NCBI GenBank assembly: GCA_012295275.1
Contig: CM022667.1
Span: 5,952,001 to 6,016,000 of the forward strand
Reading direction: 5' to 3'
DNA length: 64,000 nt
Source of the DNA: Chrysomallon squamiferum
Lineage: Eukaryota; Animalia; Mollusca
In this document: positions 11,301 through 25,600 of the stretch, piece by piece
Layout of the letters: each line of letters starts with the position of its first letter
Numbering within the stretch: the stretch's first letter is position 1
Position numbers and translations under genes: made by a program
The notes under the pieces: model-generated
Database searches by the model: none
Seen by the model: the letters and a program-made list of their open reading frames with translations, nothing else
What the model was told of the DNA's origin: nothing

Positions 11301-13597
11301 ATAACAAAAAAATGTTTTCTAGAACTATGCTAATTTTTAATTTCAATGATGGTTTAACCTGAGACAAAAGTTAGAAATGCAAGGTAAGACAAAGACCCCA
11401 GTCAGAAAACTGTATAGGACAAAAGACACTCCATACTGTTTCTCATCTGAACTTTTGAATTGTTTCCATTTTGTAAAATCTGTCAAGATTATATCATTAA
11501 TATTTTCAATTTAATTTTTTGGGAGTGAGAATCTATATATTATTTATTTGTAATCTTAGTACAAAGTGCTTTCGGAAATTATAGTCAGTTTTCAAAGATA
11601 CATTATTATGCTTTGATATAAAATATCATTTGAAACTGTATCCTTAACCCTAATTATGATTATTAGTAATTAATTATGTTGGTTAAACATATTAAATTGA
11701 TGAACATGCCATTATTATTCTGATTTCGATAAAGAGATGTAGTATATATAATTTAGGCAGTTTGTAGCAGAGCTATCTATGGGTGGGCAGTTTGTCAAAC
11801 ATTGTTTAGTGTTGTTTTTCTCTGGGGGCTTTTGTTCTACAAAAATCCACTGAGGAAGCTTATGTCCTACAAACTATTTAACCTTATATATATATATGGA
11901 CACTTGCTTGCACATATATACACATACACACACATATATTCTCAGACCTCCTTTCATGTACACAATCACAGACAAACAAGATTTTCAGAATGGCAGATTT
12001 TTTGAGCTCGAGCTACAGGTTTGTAGTCATGAAAAAAAAAAAAAAAACTATTTGACTGAAAACTAGCACTATTTGTAAATAAGAGATTATTATGAAGTAG
12101 ATCTAATTTTCTGAAATGCACCATTATTTTTATCATTATTTAATGTATTTGAACCTAGTAGTTAATAATACAAATTAAACTTGACACTAGTATAAACTAA
12201 ACTATTAATAAACCTAAACTCTGATTATTCACCTGTGTTTGTTTGGTGATCAGCTGTTTTACTCCTGTACAAGTATTAATTATATTGTACACCTATTTTT
12301 TTTATTCTTTAATAAAATAGCAAAATAAATATCAACTATTTATGAGCTGATACAATTTTCTTTTTTTCTTTTCTTTGATCGTCTTGCAATACTTGAAGTT
12401 TATCAAAGTGGAATTGATATAATAGCAAAAAAAAAAAAAATAATTAAGTAATTAATAAAAATAAAAATAAAAATAATAATAATAAATAACATTAGAATAA
12501 TTATAAATCAAAAATGTCTTTCTTCCTTGTTCATTTTATTAAAACTGTACAAAGAAATGTATATTAACATTGTTCAAAAATGTATACAATACAAATGTCC
12601 AAATATATGTACATTAACACTGTAGAAAGAAATAATTTTGACATTACACAGATATATGTATATCAACATTGTATAAAGATATATTTATTTCAGAGTAATC
12701 AATGGATGGGTCATTTTTCTTCAAAGCAAACAAAAATAGCACATCAAAACAGTACATGATAGTCTATGATCTTCAATTTTCATAATGATTATCATAATGA
12801 TAATAACAATAAACATAATAAACAAATCTTAAAACAAATTATATTAAAAAAAAAAGTATGATTCTTTCAACATATTACAATTAATCTAAAATTGTGCTGC
12901 CAATCAGATACACTAAATTTAATTATTATATTTATCATTCACTGTTTCAGGGAATATAGTTTAATTCATTTTATGAATACATTTTATTTTCTTACTACAA
13001 ATAATATCTTTGTTATAAAAATATAATTATTTACTTACTGCTCATTTCTAATCTCAGTGTGTTACTGGACTCTCCACCAGTATTCAGTTTACAAAACCAG
13101 TCTGTGACATCCTGATCTGAAGCTTTGTTAATTGTCAGAGAATACTTCTTAGTGGTTGATAGTCTGCTGTTTGTCCCATCTCCACACTCTACAGAATAAC
13201 TCTGTCTGTCAGCTGGATAACTCCACACAGAACACTGATCTAATTTCTGTTTGAGTGAAGCAAAACTCCCACTACCACCATCTTTAAAAAATACTATTCT
13301 GTCTTGAAGATTTTCAGCACCTGACACTGTACAAGTCAGAGTAAACTGTTTGTCTTTGACTAAATGAGATGAAGATCCAGACAAAGTCAGTGAAACACAA
13401 TCTGTAAAATAAAAGATAAAATCTTTGTTTTCAGTATATCTGTTTCTTCTTAGTTTCTCAGATTGTTTCTTCTTCTTTTTAATAACATTATCATTCAATT
13501 TTTAATTTGGAAACTATTTAGTATCTGGTTATTTCACAAAATAAGTATTTAGAGGGAGTTGTTCATTTACAATATTTCATTACACTAAATCCAATTA

Positions 13598-13652
<55 letters not shown>

Positions 13653-13672
13653 GCAATAACAATAATAATAAC

Positions 13673-13718
<46 letters not shown>

Positions 13719-16241
13719 CCTCTTTTATGTCTAAAATGAACAGATTTCTAGAATGACAACTGCATCAAGTATAAAATATATTACAGAGATATATGATAGA
13801 GTTCAGTATGTCCACTTGGATTAGGTGGGAAAAATACTTTTGTTACATTACTGCTTGATGCCAAATGTGTTTTGATGGTTAGCTATAGTCAAGCATACAT
13901 TTTGAACAAATGCAGAGCAATGACATTAGAGAAAGCTGGTGCTTTATTGTTAAATGAAAGAGGTTTTTTTATTTGTCTTTTTTGCTCTTATATATCCTTT
14001 TGAAGAACTTCACTATCTGTAACAATGGAAGTTCTGGTAAATGGGTTTTGAGGTTTGTATGTTAAATTATTAATTAGTCTTTTATTAAAACAAGCATTTT
14101 TCTAAGAATTTACTAACAAAATTAATTTTATCTAATGGATATGTGTTCTAGTAGGGAAATGACACTGATTAACGTATTACACTGTAAACTGTTTTATTTT
14201 TAAACAAGTCTGAAATTTTGTTATTGTTTAGTTTTATAGAAAAGAGTGAACACAGGATTCAGAAACAGTGAAACTGAAACGTGACTACTTTGTGTTGTAT
14301 CCTCCCATCCCACTTGTCACACATCTTACAACAATACAGCTGAGTGAACTCCTAACTACCTGAGTGAACTCCTAACTACCTGAGTGAACTCCTAACTACC
14401 TGAGTGAACTGCTAACTATCTGAGTGAACTCCTAACTATCTGAGTGAACTCCTATCTGAGTGAACTCCTATCTGAGTGAACTCCTAACTACCTGAGTGAA
14501 CTCCTAGCTACCTGAGTGAACTCCTAACTACCTGAGTGAACTCCTAACTATCTGAGTGAACTCCTACCTGAGTGAACTCCTAACATTTTACTACCTTTTT
14601 TTTTTATTTTTTTTTTTTCACTAAATACATATTTTCTTTCATGATAATATTATTTTATTTGTAAGTGAAAATGTCATTGTTAAATAGCACATTCTGGTTG
14701 CTCTTAATAATTTTCCTTGAACATACAAAGATAAAAACTGATAAGAGATTTAGAATTTGTATTTTTCTAATATAAAGGTATTTTCTAAATAACAGGTGTT
14801 TTTTTATCAGAATGAAAAGACGTGTATGAAACTAAAGACGTTATTTTTAATGTTGCTTTTCACTGAACCAAATCAGAGACACAGATTACAACTAGAAAGT
14901 GAAGTGATCAGAAACTAGAGAACTTAAGTTGATGTTACTGACTGACTTAAATGAATTTTGATAAGCAGATGTTTACAATTTATGTTTTAATGGACACTGG
15001 TATTTAGTGGGAATAACCCAGTGGGGGGGGTTGTCCTCCTTCATACAAACTATTTCCTTAAACAAAATCATGTTGAAAAAAACAACCAGAACAAAAAAGC
15101 AAACAAATAAAATAAAATAATGTTAACAATAACAATAATAATAAAGTAACCCTGGTTTGATATCTAAAATAATCAGATTTCTAGAATCACAGCTGCCACA
15201 TTTGGAATACAGATTTCAGTGAGATTTGCCAGAGTTCAGTTTGTGCACATTTTTGTTTTATTTTGTTTCTTCCTCTTCACCTTTTACAATTTGCCTTAAA
15301 TATTGTCTGAAGAACTTTAATAGCAGTAACATTGAAAGTTTTGGTGAAAGGGGTTTCAGATTTTGTATTTCTTTCTGTGTTAAATTATTAATTACATTTT
15401 TTATTAAAACAATCATTTTTCTATGAATTTAAAACATAATTAGTTTTATCAAATGGAACACATACTTTTGAAAAAAAAAAAAAAAACCTATTAACATATC
15501 ACACTCTAAATTTAGATTTTTGTAAACAAGTCTGAGTCTTTTATGTAAAAGATAAACTGAACATAACAGGATACAGTGACACTGAAACTCATATGTAACT
15601 AATTTGTACAGTGTCCTCTCATTTGTCACACATCTGATAACAACACATCTCATGGCTGAGTGAACTGCTGACTATATTGTCTCTACCTAGCACAGAATAA
15701 TGGACTCATCTTCCTGTAGGTTATAGAGTCAGCTTAGGGAATAATTAAACAAACCTCTACTAACAATTAAACACAAACACTGAACAGATATTATGTTAAC
15801 ATCCATAACATTACACATTCAGACACATAACACAAAGCTAATATGAATGATACATGGAGCTCTAGAGCGTATATTAGAGTGTTACAGTACATATCAGTTT
15901 ATAAATGTGTTCAGCGAAGTTAAATTATTGTGGTTTGATTACTTAGTCACTAAGCTGTCTAGGGGAGACAATCCTTTCTACTGCATGTGAATATATTTAT
16001 CCCTAGTCTATACACATTGATAATCAAACAACAATTAAACTTTTATCTAAACTGTGCAATATCTTTAAAACCTTCTCTTTTAAATAATATTTTTAGACAA
16101 TTAAGATGAAATAATAAGTAAAATATGTTTTGGTATTAATTATTAAGTCTAATAGAATATCAGTAAAAATAAATAAATTATCAATGATGATAGACATAAA
16201 ATTAAATATTTATTTGTTTTTCATGTTATTTTAGTCTTAAA

Positions 16242-16295
<54 letters not shown>

Positions 16296-16998
16296 CAAAT
16301 CAAAAATTAAAATGTAAAAAAGTGTATCAAATCTTTTATAAATATCAGAAGTTTGTACTTATAAATAATTCTTTTCTGCAGTTTGTGAATATTTTAAAAA
16401 TTACTACATAACAATTAATTATTTAAAAACAGATAAAATGTTTTTAGCTAAATTATTTTCACAGGCAGAAGTATTAAATGTAATTATGTATTCATAATTT
16501 AAATGTGACCAAAATTATGCCTGGTTACTAACAGATGTTGTTGAATCCTACAAAACGTATCATATTTATCTGAAAATTAATAAATATATCTAAACTGTAA
16601 TCAGAGAGGAATATGTCAGAGGATGTCACAGATCAAATCAGATTTTAATTCTTACTTTTCAGAGGAATATCTTTAAACCTGAAATAATTATAGAACGTTT
16701 AATTAATAGTGTTAATTTTATTATTATTATTGTTTTAATATTAAATTAATTTTCAATTTCACATGTTCTACTTTAATTCCATACTTTTAAAAAATAATTA
16801 TAAAACAATAAATAAATAAAATAAGGAAAAGGAGGTAGCTACAGTGACTCTGAATTAAAGTAAAATAATTTTCACAGCTGACAAGCAATCGAGACAGAGA
16901 GTCAAGAAGTTTTAACATTTTGTAAATTTACCTGAATACGTAACACTGTTCAAGACGAACACCATGAAAATCAGTTTCTTATCAACCGTCGAAAACAT
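5349..16998 (-). CDS. Gene B: complete IgSF receptor SP-V1-Ig2-Ig3-Ig4-Ig5-TM(Glu)-ITIM/ITAM tail, lacking an intact FN3 (about 620 aa)
   Basis: Exons: SP 16932-16998, V1 13039-13401, Ig2 10831-11085, Ig3 9775-10029, Ig4 7620-7898, Ig5 7229-7534, TM 6538-6672, tail1 6299-6332, tail2 5985-6043, last 5349-5458 (TGA). All GT-AG with compatible phases and an open frame (1863 nt). Tail: [67 protein letters not shown]. Confidence 0.88.
6928..7003 (-). pseudogene. Remnant 3' end of the FN3 exon in gene B
   Basis: Translates HLIQVLAFNKVGFKTSVKEEHILIC then a GT donor. Homologous to the FN3 ends YLIRVLAFNKFGFKHFTKEKEIFVC (C) and [25 protein letters not shown] (D). The first ~75 codons are missing. Confidence 0.8.
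8280..9030. other. GC-richer unidentified insertion in the Ig3-Ig4 intron of gene B (possible decayed element)
   Basis: Composition clearly differs from the AT-rich flanks and it is not seen in the equivalent intron of gene G. Only short ORFs, no recognised motif. Boundaries approximate. Confidence 0.35.
13601..13714. repeat. (AAT)n microsatellite; others at about 16221-16274, 19252-19308, 21441-21530, 22586-22633, 61363-61450, 62670-62739
   Basis: Read directly. These explain the poly-N/Y/L ORFs in the ORF track. Confidence 0.95.
14340..14584. repeat. 20-bp minisatellite (ctgagtgaactcctaactac), about 13 copies, intron 1 of gene B
   Basis: Head-to-tail copies with some 16-bp variants and no spacers. 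The paralogous site in gene G (about 62074-62114) has 2 copies. Confidence 0.92.
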
Positions 16999-17039
16999 AG
17001 TTTATTAATTATAAATACTGACAAAGTTTTAAATTAAAA

Positions 17040-17495
17040 ATTTCCTTCTCACAACAACAAACGACGTTTTCTGCTCGCAGTTCACTTCCTGGTTTGTTTT
17101 TGTCAAAATGTATACATCTCTCCGGATTTAGTTAACGCAGTAACATCCGATTTTCCATCTGAAGTTTCTGAATTATGGTGAATAAATAGCATGTGAGTCC
17201 TTGCTTTTTGTAACAGTGACATGCGATCTTTTGATACCGCAGACTAATGCAACGCGAACTGCCTCTGTTTACATTATTGAGTATGAAATCTAAAGTATTA
17301 TCTGCACTGTGTGTAGTAGTACAAAGGGTTATGGCCGTGAAGTGTATAAACCTGTTTAAACTGTCTTAAAGTTAATTTTACGTCCCGGTCCACATTATTC
17401 GCCCTTTGAATTAGCTGACGGTTTTATGCAATCAAAAGTTCACAACGACCTAATTCTCTTACCCAATTATTAGAGCTAAGAATTTGTTTCACTTA
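17040..17495 (-). promoter_or_regulatory. Conserved upstream/promoter block of gene B (ETS core about 17083-17092)
   Basis: Homologous to the gene A and G upstream blocks. Confidence 0.6.
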
Positions 17496-19250
17496 GTGTG
17501 ACTTACAAATTCGAATGCAACATAATTGTTTACCCTTACTTATTTATAATTAAATTAAACACAAGACCATTTTTAAACATTTTGATTAGTTACTAAGTGA
17601 ACCTGTTAGAAATCAGTACTGATATCAGACAATTGGTTCTTCTTCTTTTTACTTACTTTTAAAAGTTAATAATTTATTAGTTACTGAATACGAGTGTTAT
17701 TTCTGGTATAACTGGTCGGTCTTTTTTCAGATTAATGTTTGTAAACAGCTTAGTACTGCTGAAACAGCTGAAATGTAACTTTGACATATTATGTAGAAAT
17801 TGTTATCAGATAAAACACATAACTGAGACATATATATTTAAAGGAGAAATGATTTAATTTGAATATATCATGGTTTTGGGGAGTTTTTTCAGCTTAGCAC
17901 TCAAATAATCTTAGTAGCTCACTTTTCTTCTTTTGTTTTTCTCTTTTCTCGGTGACTGCTAGGAGATTTTCACAATTTATGTGATCACTGGGATTGGATA
18001 GAAAAGAAATTAACAAACTGACGAAGAACAAAACTTTTATTTGGCTACATCTCTTTAAACAAATCAAAAACTAAAACTGCACAGTATTGGTAATAAAGCA
18101 AATATTCAGTTTTCTCTGTTTTAGAATTCAGATCTTCATTTTATATGGTAATCTTTATAAAATTACTGTTATTCCAGTTATTGGTATTGTTATTATTATT
18201 TCTTATTTTTCTTGTTGTTTGTTTTGGTTTCGTTTAATATTAATATTAATCCATGAGCTAGACAGTTGAAGCTGAATACCAAACTGGTGAACAGATCCAA
18301 TGAAGATGTTTTGTTAGTGCAAATATCCCACATTAGCTGACATTTTTGACTGGTAGCGTTGTGACGTTTTTCCTACCTTCTTAGTAAAACAGAAATGAAT
18401 TTTAAAAGTTAGAGTAATAGAAGTATTTATTTTTTTGTGATAAAAGTTTAGCTATCTCTAAAATAAAAATAGAATGAAATCAATGAAAATAAAAAAAAAA
18501 TAAAAGAATACAAAATACAGAAAAAAGTCCATATAAATGATTTCGTTAAACTAATTCAGTACAGATGGATGATTTCAACTTACTGTATCTACCAGTGTGC
18601 TGTTTCAGATATTTATTCTGTAAATGAAATATTTGAAATCTGGCGTTTATATATTAAGCTAAACAAGATATTTACCCTTATATATATATACACACACACA
18701 TTTCTTTTTAAATTACCATAATTGTTTTGAAGAAAACATATTGATAATGATGAAAATAAGAAATGAAAAATTAATAATAAACTAATTCAAGTACTTGAAC
18801 TTCATGTCATGTCATTATTGTTAAAACAAAATATTATAACTTTCATTATTGTAAATTAAAAACATATTACTGCAAACTAAGGAATGCTTTGTGATTCCAA
18901 AATAACGGTTTGACTTACGATAATGATGTCATATCAAATATAACTGAACATAGCTAAGAAGAGTATAGAAAAATTAGTTGATCTGTTAAAACATGCACAT
19001 TCAAGATTCTACACATTTAATCTACCACCTTAGTTAATTCTGAGAAAATATATGATGCTTCATGGTGAAGAGTGGTGAAGACCATGACGTTGTTAAATGT
19101 CAGGCGTCCAGTGTGAAAACATTACAGTATGGTCAATGAATGAAAATACAAAGCAGGTACTGTCACACAAAATTTGATCTTGGAACGACGAGTTTTTCGT
19201 ATGTAATAGTATCAATTTGTTTTCTTTTACAAATCCCAACAAACAAACAA

Positions 19251-19312
<62 letters not shown>

Positions 19313-20003
19313 TAAAACAAAAACTTTCCTATTCACTTCTTTCATCTTTATTCCTTTTATTATTATTATTAATATATATATATTCTTTTAATCAGAAGAA
19401 AAACTTTTATGAAAATATATGTAATTATTCACCAAAATAAACTGAAATTTAGGACAAAAAGAAATTATTGTTAAAACTGATTCAGAGTGAAAAGGAGTGA
19501 TTCGTCAACAAATAAATAAGCAAATAAAAATAATCATAGAATTTTATCAAAACAAAAACAAAGAGTACGTTGGTTACAGGGTATATTGCTCTTTATTACT
19601 ATATACGGTGCATGCTCCTTTGAACAAAAATGTATCTGCACGTAGCCGGGAGAAGATGGCAATTTTCAGCTGATTTAGGCTTTGCAAAATGGTAGAAGAA
19701 GAAAAAAAGGAAGAAGACATGTCAGTTATTATTACAGTAGCCTGATTTAAACAAGATTATAATAAAACTGAATTGAAATGGAAAGGACATAAACACTTTA
19801 TCTGTCAGTGTTGAGTGATTTTATAAAAGAAAGTTCATATTCTTATACAACCTTATTTAACGAAATAAATAACTTTAAAAATGTGACATGTAAGGTAATA
19901 CTAAACAAAAAAGTGAACTAAAAATAACATGAATAAATAAATAAAACAATAGTAAAATAAACAAAAAATGTACAACACAAAAAATATATATCTAGTTTCA
20001 ACA

Positions 20004-21229
20004 CTATCTCTGACTTGTGTTTTCATAGACAGTGAGTACAGAGTATGGTGAATCTTTTCTTGCTTCCAGTGATGAGTACTTGTTTGTAGTATCCGTGTTT
20101 CTGTCAGTATCTGAAACCAGATATGTAATAATTGCACATCATGTCTTATACAGTAGTAGAAATAAAAGTAATATCAGAAGTAATGGAAGATCAGCACACA
20201 AGGTACATAGCAATTAAAATAGTTGTCTGTGTGTTGATCAAAGAATGAAATTTAAAGATTAGTTATGTTTTTCAAAATATAACAGATCATTTTGACTAAG
20301 ATTTTGTATTGTGCCTAGTCCATTTATAATTCATAATTATATATTCATGGTTGTAGAGACATAATCTATGAATCACAAAATATTTTATTACTATAGTTAC
20401 AGTGAGCAGATTGATATACCATCTGTCTTTCCTGTCTAGCCTAGACAGATTTGATAATAGTAATTAAAATCCTGCTATTTTAGCTAAATGTTATATTTTT
20501 ATACAAAAAAAAAAAAAAAAAAAAAAAACAAATACTATCACAGACTGTATTTATGCTGATTTTGATTACTTCTCTCTTTCAGTTATTTAATAATTTATTA
20601 TTATTTTTATTTATTTATTTTCTCTATTCTAAAACTAACAGATTTTACTGACTTTGACTTTGTTGAAGATCGTCATAGAGAGAAGATTCTTGTACTCCAG
20701 TGTTAAACTGTCTGAAACAAACAACACTTTCCCATTATTTAATTATTTTAGTTTTGAGTATATTAAAATAACATCTTTAAGATAAAAAAATAAATAAATA
20801 AACAAATAAATAAATAAATAAATAAGCAAAATTAATAAAAGGATTTAAAAAAATAAATTTAAATAAAAAAATAAATTAAAAAGCAATAAATTTGTGTAAT
20901 TATTAAGTGAACTGAACATGTAGTGATAAACAATGTATGTTTCATATCAGTTTAACTTTGATCTTTATTTTGGTGTCTCAATATACTGTAATATTAAATA
21001 CCTTTGTGTATAGATGTGATCTGTTATACACTTCTCTAAAATAAAATAAAAAATAAAAATTAAATGTAAAAGAGGTGAAATGACATTAATTAGATCATCA
21101 GTCCTGATTTACTATAAAATTACAAACATATTAATAACAATAAGAAACAACCATCAATTAAAGAGAAATATTTAAGAAATTATGTGTAAAGAAACAAGAA
21201 AAATAAATTCATTTGAATGTAGGAGTGCC

Positions 21230-21263
<34 letters not shown>

Positions 21264-21440
21264 TAATAATAAAAAACAAATAAATCAAAAAAGTAAAAAA
21301 GGAAAAAATATTCACTTGTTTTAATGCAGTGAATTAAAATAATAACTGCACCGATAAGAAGAATTGCAAACAGTGTAATTCCAATTCCAATACCAATTCC
21401 TGTCCACAGTAATCTGTCCTTTTCTGATGTACAGTCTGAA

Positions 21441-21472
<32 letters not shown>

Positions 21473-21497
21473 TAATAATAATAATAATAATAATAAT

Positions 21498-21532
<35 letters not shown>

Positions 21533-22582
21533 AAAAATAATAGTAATAGTAATAATCATTGATATATAATTGGAAAAATATTTTCTAGTTGTACCTCAAG
21601 TTAAAGTAACTTGACAATTATTATAAATTTAGCAATCACACAATTATAATAATTCATATTAACGTTTTCTGCAGTTTTACTGTAAAATGCCTATTAAATT
21701 AATATTTCACTGTACTGAAAGTATAAGGGCAATTAAGTCAGTGCAGTAGCTCCAGTCAAACTTTGACTCTTACTCAGGGTAATTATCATCAGTTTCTTGA
21801 AGCCTGTTTGAGAAACTTTTTGTATGTGTCATTGTTAAAAATGTATTTTTAATTGAATTTACCACAAACAAATATTTCCTTTTCCTTGGTAAAGTGTTTG
21901 AATCCAAATTTGTTAAAAGCCAAAACTCGAATCAGATATCTGGTGTTTGGTTGTAAACTAGAAATCTCTGCTGTGTGATTTGTGTGAAGACCTTTTTCAC
22001 CAAACTGTTCAGTGAGATTTGTCCACTCAGATGTTGTGTCTGCTCGATACTGTACAAGAAATGTTTGTTGTGATCCTCCATTAAATTCTTCTGTCCAAGA
22101 CACTGACACTGAATGTGGACCTGTGATCCAAGTTCGCACATCAGAGGGAACAGTTGGAGGACCTTCGAATTAAACATTTTATCACTGGTTTGTTGAAAAT
22201 ACTCAAAGGTTATAAATAAAGGATTTATCTCATATAACTGAATACATGAATATTTAAATGTTTTGGAAACTGTAGTTCTACTTCAGTTGAAATTAAATCT
22301 TTATCTACAATTCTGAAAGAAAAATCATGTTGTTGGTTTGATAATAGTAGAAATGTTTTTAAACTTGAACTTTCAAATCAGATTAATTCATGAAGAAAAC
22401 AGCTAAATGTTACAAACTTATCTGTCACACGCTCAAATATCATTTATGCAAATGATGAACAAGAGCTTCACAAAAGATAGAAATGATATTGAATGACACA
22501 CACATGCACATGCACACAAACATCATTCTGACCTGATACCATACCCATTTTATGTAGAATTTTAACTTTCTTACTATTACTA

Positions 22583-22637
<55 letters not shown>

Positions 22638-25600
22638 TTTTTTTTTTGTCATTTGTGCAGACAATATTTTTAAAAAAAATGAAAATATTTACACTCTGCT
22701 TTTACAAATAAAAAAACATTTTGTAATTACCTTCTTGAGTGAGATTTAATTTTTCCACAAGATCTTTTTTTGATTCTCCATTTGACACAACAACCTGATA
22801 AATTCCAAAATCTTCTTGTTTAACATTTGCTAGTTTATATTCACCTACAGCAGACACAATTGTAGTGAGTACAGGTTGTATAGATCCAAGACTTTTATTT
22901 TTTACATCTGTGAGTTTATACCAGGTAAATGTTGGAACTGGATTGGCAATCACAGAAATGTGTAGAGTTACATTTCCACCTTCTACAGCAGCAAATTTGT
23001 CCTGAAATGAAACTCGATGATCCAGTCTGGGTGAACCTGAAGAAAATAAGTTCCTTATTATTCACATGCCAACAAAAGATATCTAAAACACAAAAATGAA
23101 ATACAAAAAAATGGAATTGCGAAGGAAGACATCCAGGAGAAACATTGTAAATACAAAATTAATTAAACTTTTCCAAATGACAGTAAGTTATATTGGACAC
23201 TGCCTCAGCAATATGGTATTGTGGGAAAAGCAACACTTCAATATAATAGCTGAACAATTAAGACATAATACAGACAGCAAAATTCTGTATCTGCTAGCAG
23301 AAAATACAACTGTATGTAAACAACAAATGTAAAGTAACAATGTGAACTATTCTGAAAAAGTAACTGAAAGAAACTAATTTCAGTAAGGTTTTTTTTATTG
23401 AGATGATAATTTAAAAAGATGGTTGAAAACAGATATGAATAAAATGGTCTTGTTTCCCATTTGTGATCTAGATTTGTTTTCTTCATCAATGCTAAACAGT
23501 TGTTTATATTCACCAGTGAGCTGATTTATTTCTGACTTTTTTGTTACCACTTTGTAACCAGAGGTATACTATTTTATAAGCACATTTTTGTTTCTAAAGT
23601 ATTCATTCTGTTGTACTTATGAAATGGATTGTTAAAATTCTGATACCAAATACTTAAAACGTCACTAACATCAGTTAATTACAACATTTAGTAACTTGAG
23701 GATATAAAATTATAGTGATTTTTTTATTATTATCATGTTTTTTTATTCTTCTTTTTTTTTTTGTATTTTATCTGCATTAAACAATTGGGACTTGTGAAAA
23801 CAGTAATAACAATTATTGTCTGTGAATGTGGTATGGCAGAAGTAACGTAAATGTCTTTTTCTAGTGTATTTTGAAAAACTATATTAATTAACAGACTGCA
23901 TGTCCCAGAAGTACACAATATCTGATTTGGCAAATCAAATAATTATGTTATATGTACAGTTTATAATCAGTTTTTTAATTAAATGTTTTTCTTCAAATAC
24001 TGTTATTTTTCATCTTATTAATTCATGACTTGAAACTGCATCTGCTTGGTTCACATAGCAAAATTGTTTAATTTACTGGTTTTTCAAAATGTTTTCAAAA
24101 ATATACATATGACTATCCTTGAAACACCCCAGAATAAATCTATATTATTAAAGACAAAGAGTGACATACATGTAACAAGAAGCTGCACACTTTGACTGAC
24201 ATCAGACTTGATGTTGTTTCCTGCTTCACAAGTGTAAAATCCTGTATCCAGACATCCAGCTTCATTCCAGCTGTACTCCACTGACTTGGAGTTTTTCACT
24301 TCACGTAGAATGTGTGAGTTGTTTAACAGTTTGATGTGAGATGCTGGATTACTGTCAACTTCACATCTCAGAGACACAGGAGTCAGTTCATCAACTGTTA
24401 TCTTTGTAGACTTTGAGTTTAAAGTGAAAGATGTTATTGAAGTCTGATCTGTAAGAAATACAAAATAATGTGGTGTTTTGAATCAAAAACAATTCAACAT
24501 TAAGTAACAAGGTTTATGTTCAGAAGTTTTAATCATTTATCTATTGGGTTGTTAATTTATCATTTTAAATTTTTATACATAACATTATATGCTGAAGAAA
24601 AAATAAATAAGCAAAGACTAAAAGAAAAGGAAGGAAAAGAAAAAAGAAAATAAGTTTTATTAATCAAAAATTCTATTTGCTTTACTAAATAGCAAATCAT
24701 ATTGTTTGTTGTAAAAATAACTAAAATGTTAAGCATATTAAAGCTAAGCACCAGAATTGAATTTAAGTTCAAACAAAACAATCCAGTATCTAGATATCAC
24801 ACTGTGAAACAAACCATTCTGGAGTCAGTGAAAGAAAAAGAACCAAATAATGAAGAATTAATGGTGATTTTAGGAGAAAAAACATATGTTAATGAAGGAA
24901 AAGGCTCTGCAGGTAATGAACTGATGAAGAATATTATTTGACAGTATAGTAATTAAAACTACTGAAAACATGTTCTGTTATCTCAGTCTGAAATTAAAAA
25001 AAAAAAATGTCATAAAATATATTTTATTTTATTTTACTTTTGCCTGTTTGTATATGATTTTATAGAAAAAAAGGAAGAAAAAACCAACAACAAACTAACA
25101 ACAAAAAAACAAGCAACTGAATCAACATATATATATATACGTACAAAAATAAAACGTTAGTCGCTTTATATCAATTACTTTCATTTAACATTTACTAACA
25201 GATCCTGAAATGTACATTCATTATGTACTTATTAATTAATTTACTAATTAACAAAAATAAACTCACACAGGACATCCAGTGTAACTGTTGTGTAATTTGA
25301 TTTGTTCGAGTTTGTGTTGACAGCTGTACACGTGTAGACACCAGCCTGTGACTTGTCTACATCATTTAAAGTCAACACAGCACTTGTAGACTTTGTGTAT
25401 GTTTTAAACTTCCACGTGAAAGAACAAGATGTACGACAATCTGCTTCACACAACACAGCCACATCATCACCTTCCTGTACTGTCAGTGCAGAACTCACGT
25501 TTACTTTTACACTGTCTGGTCCATCTAAAGTACAAATAAAGTATTATATGTGGTTTTGTGATCTTTCTCTGAATAACACTTACACATTTTATAAAATATT

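Noticed and set aside
14340-14584. CRISPR-like array
   Set aside because: Contiguous 16-20-bp units with no unique spacers, in a eukaryotic intron with no cas genes: a minisatellite.
19093-22664. Poly-Y, poly-N and poly-L ORFs, and other F/I/L-rich short ORFs across the window
   Set aside because: Translations of (AAT)n and similar microsatellites or AT-rich intron DNA; no splice or homology support.
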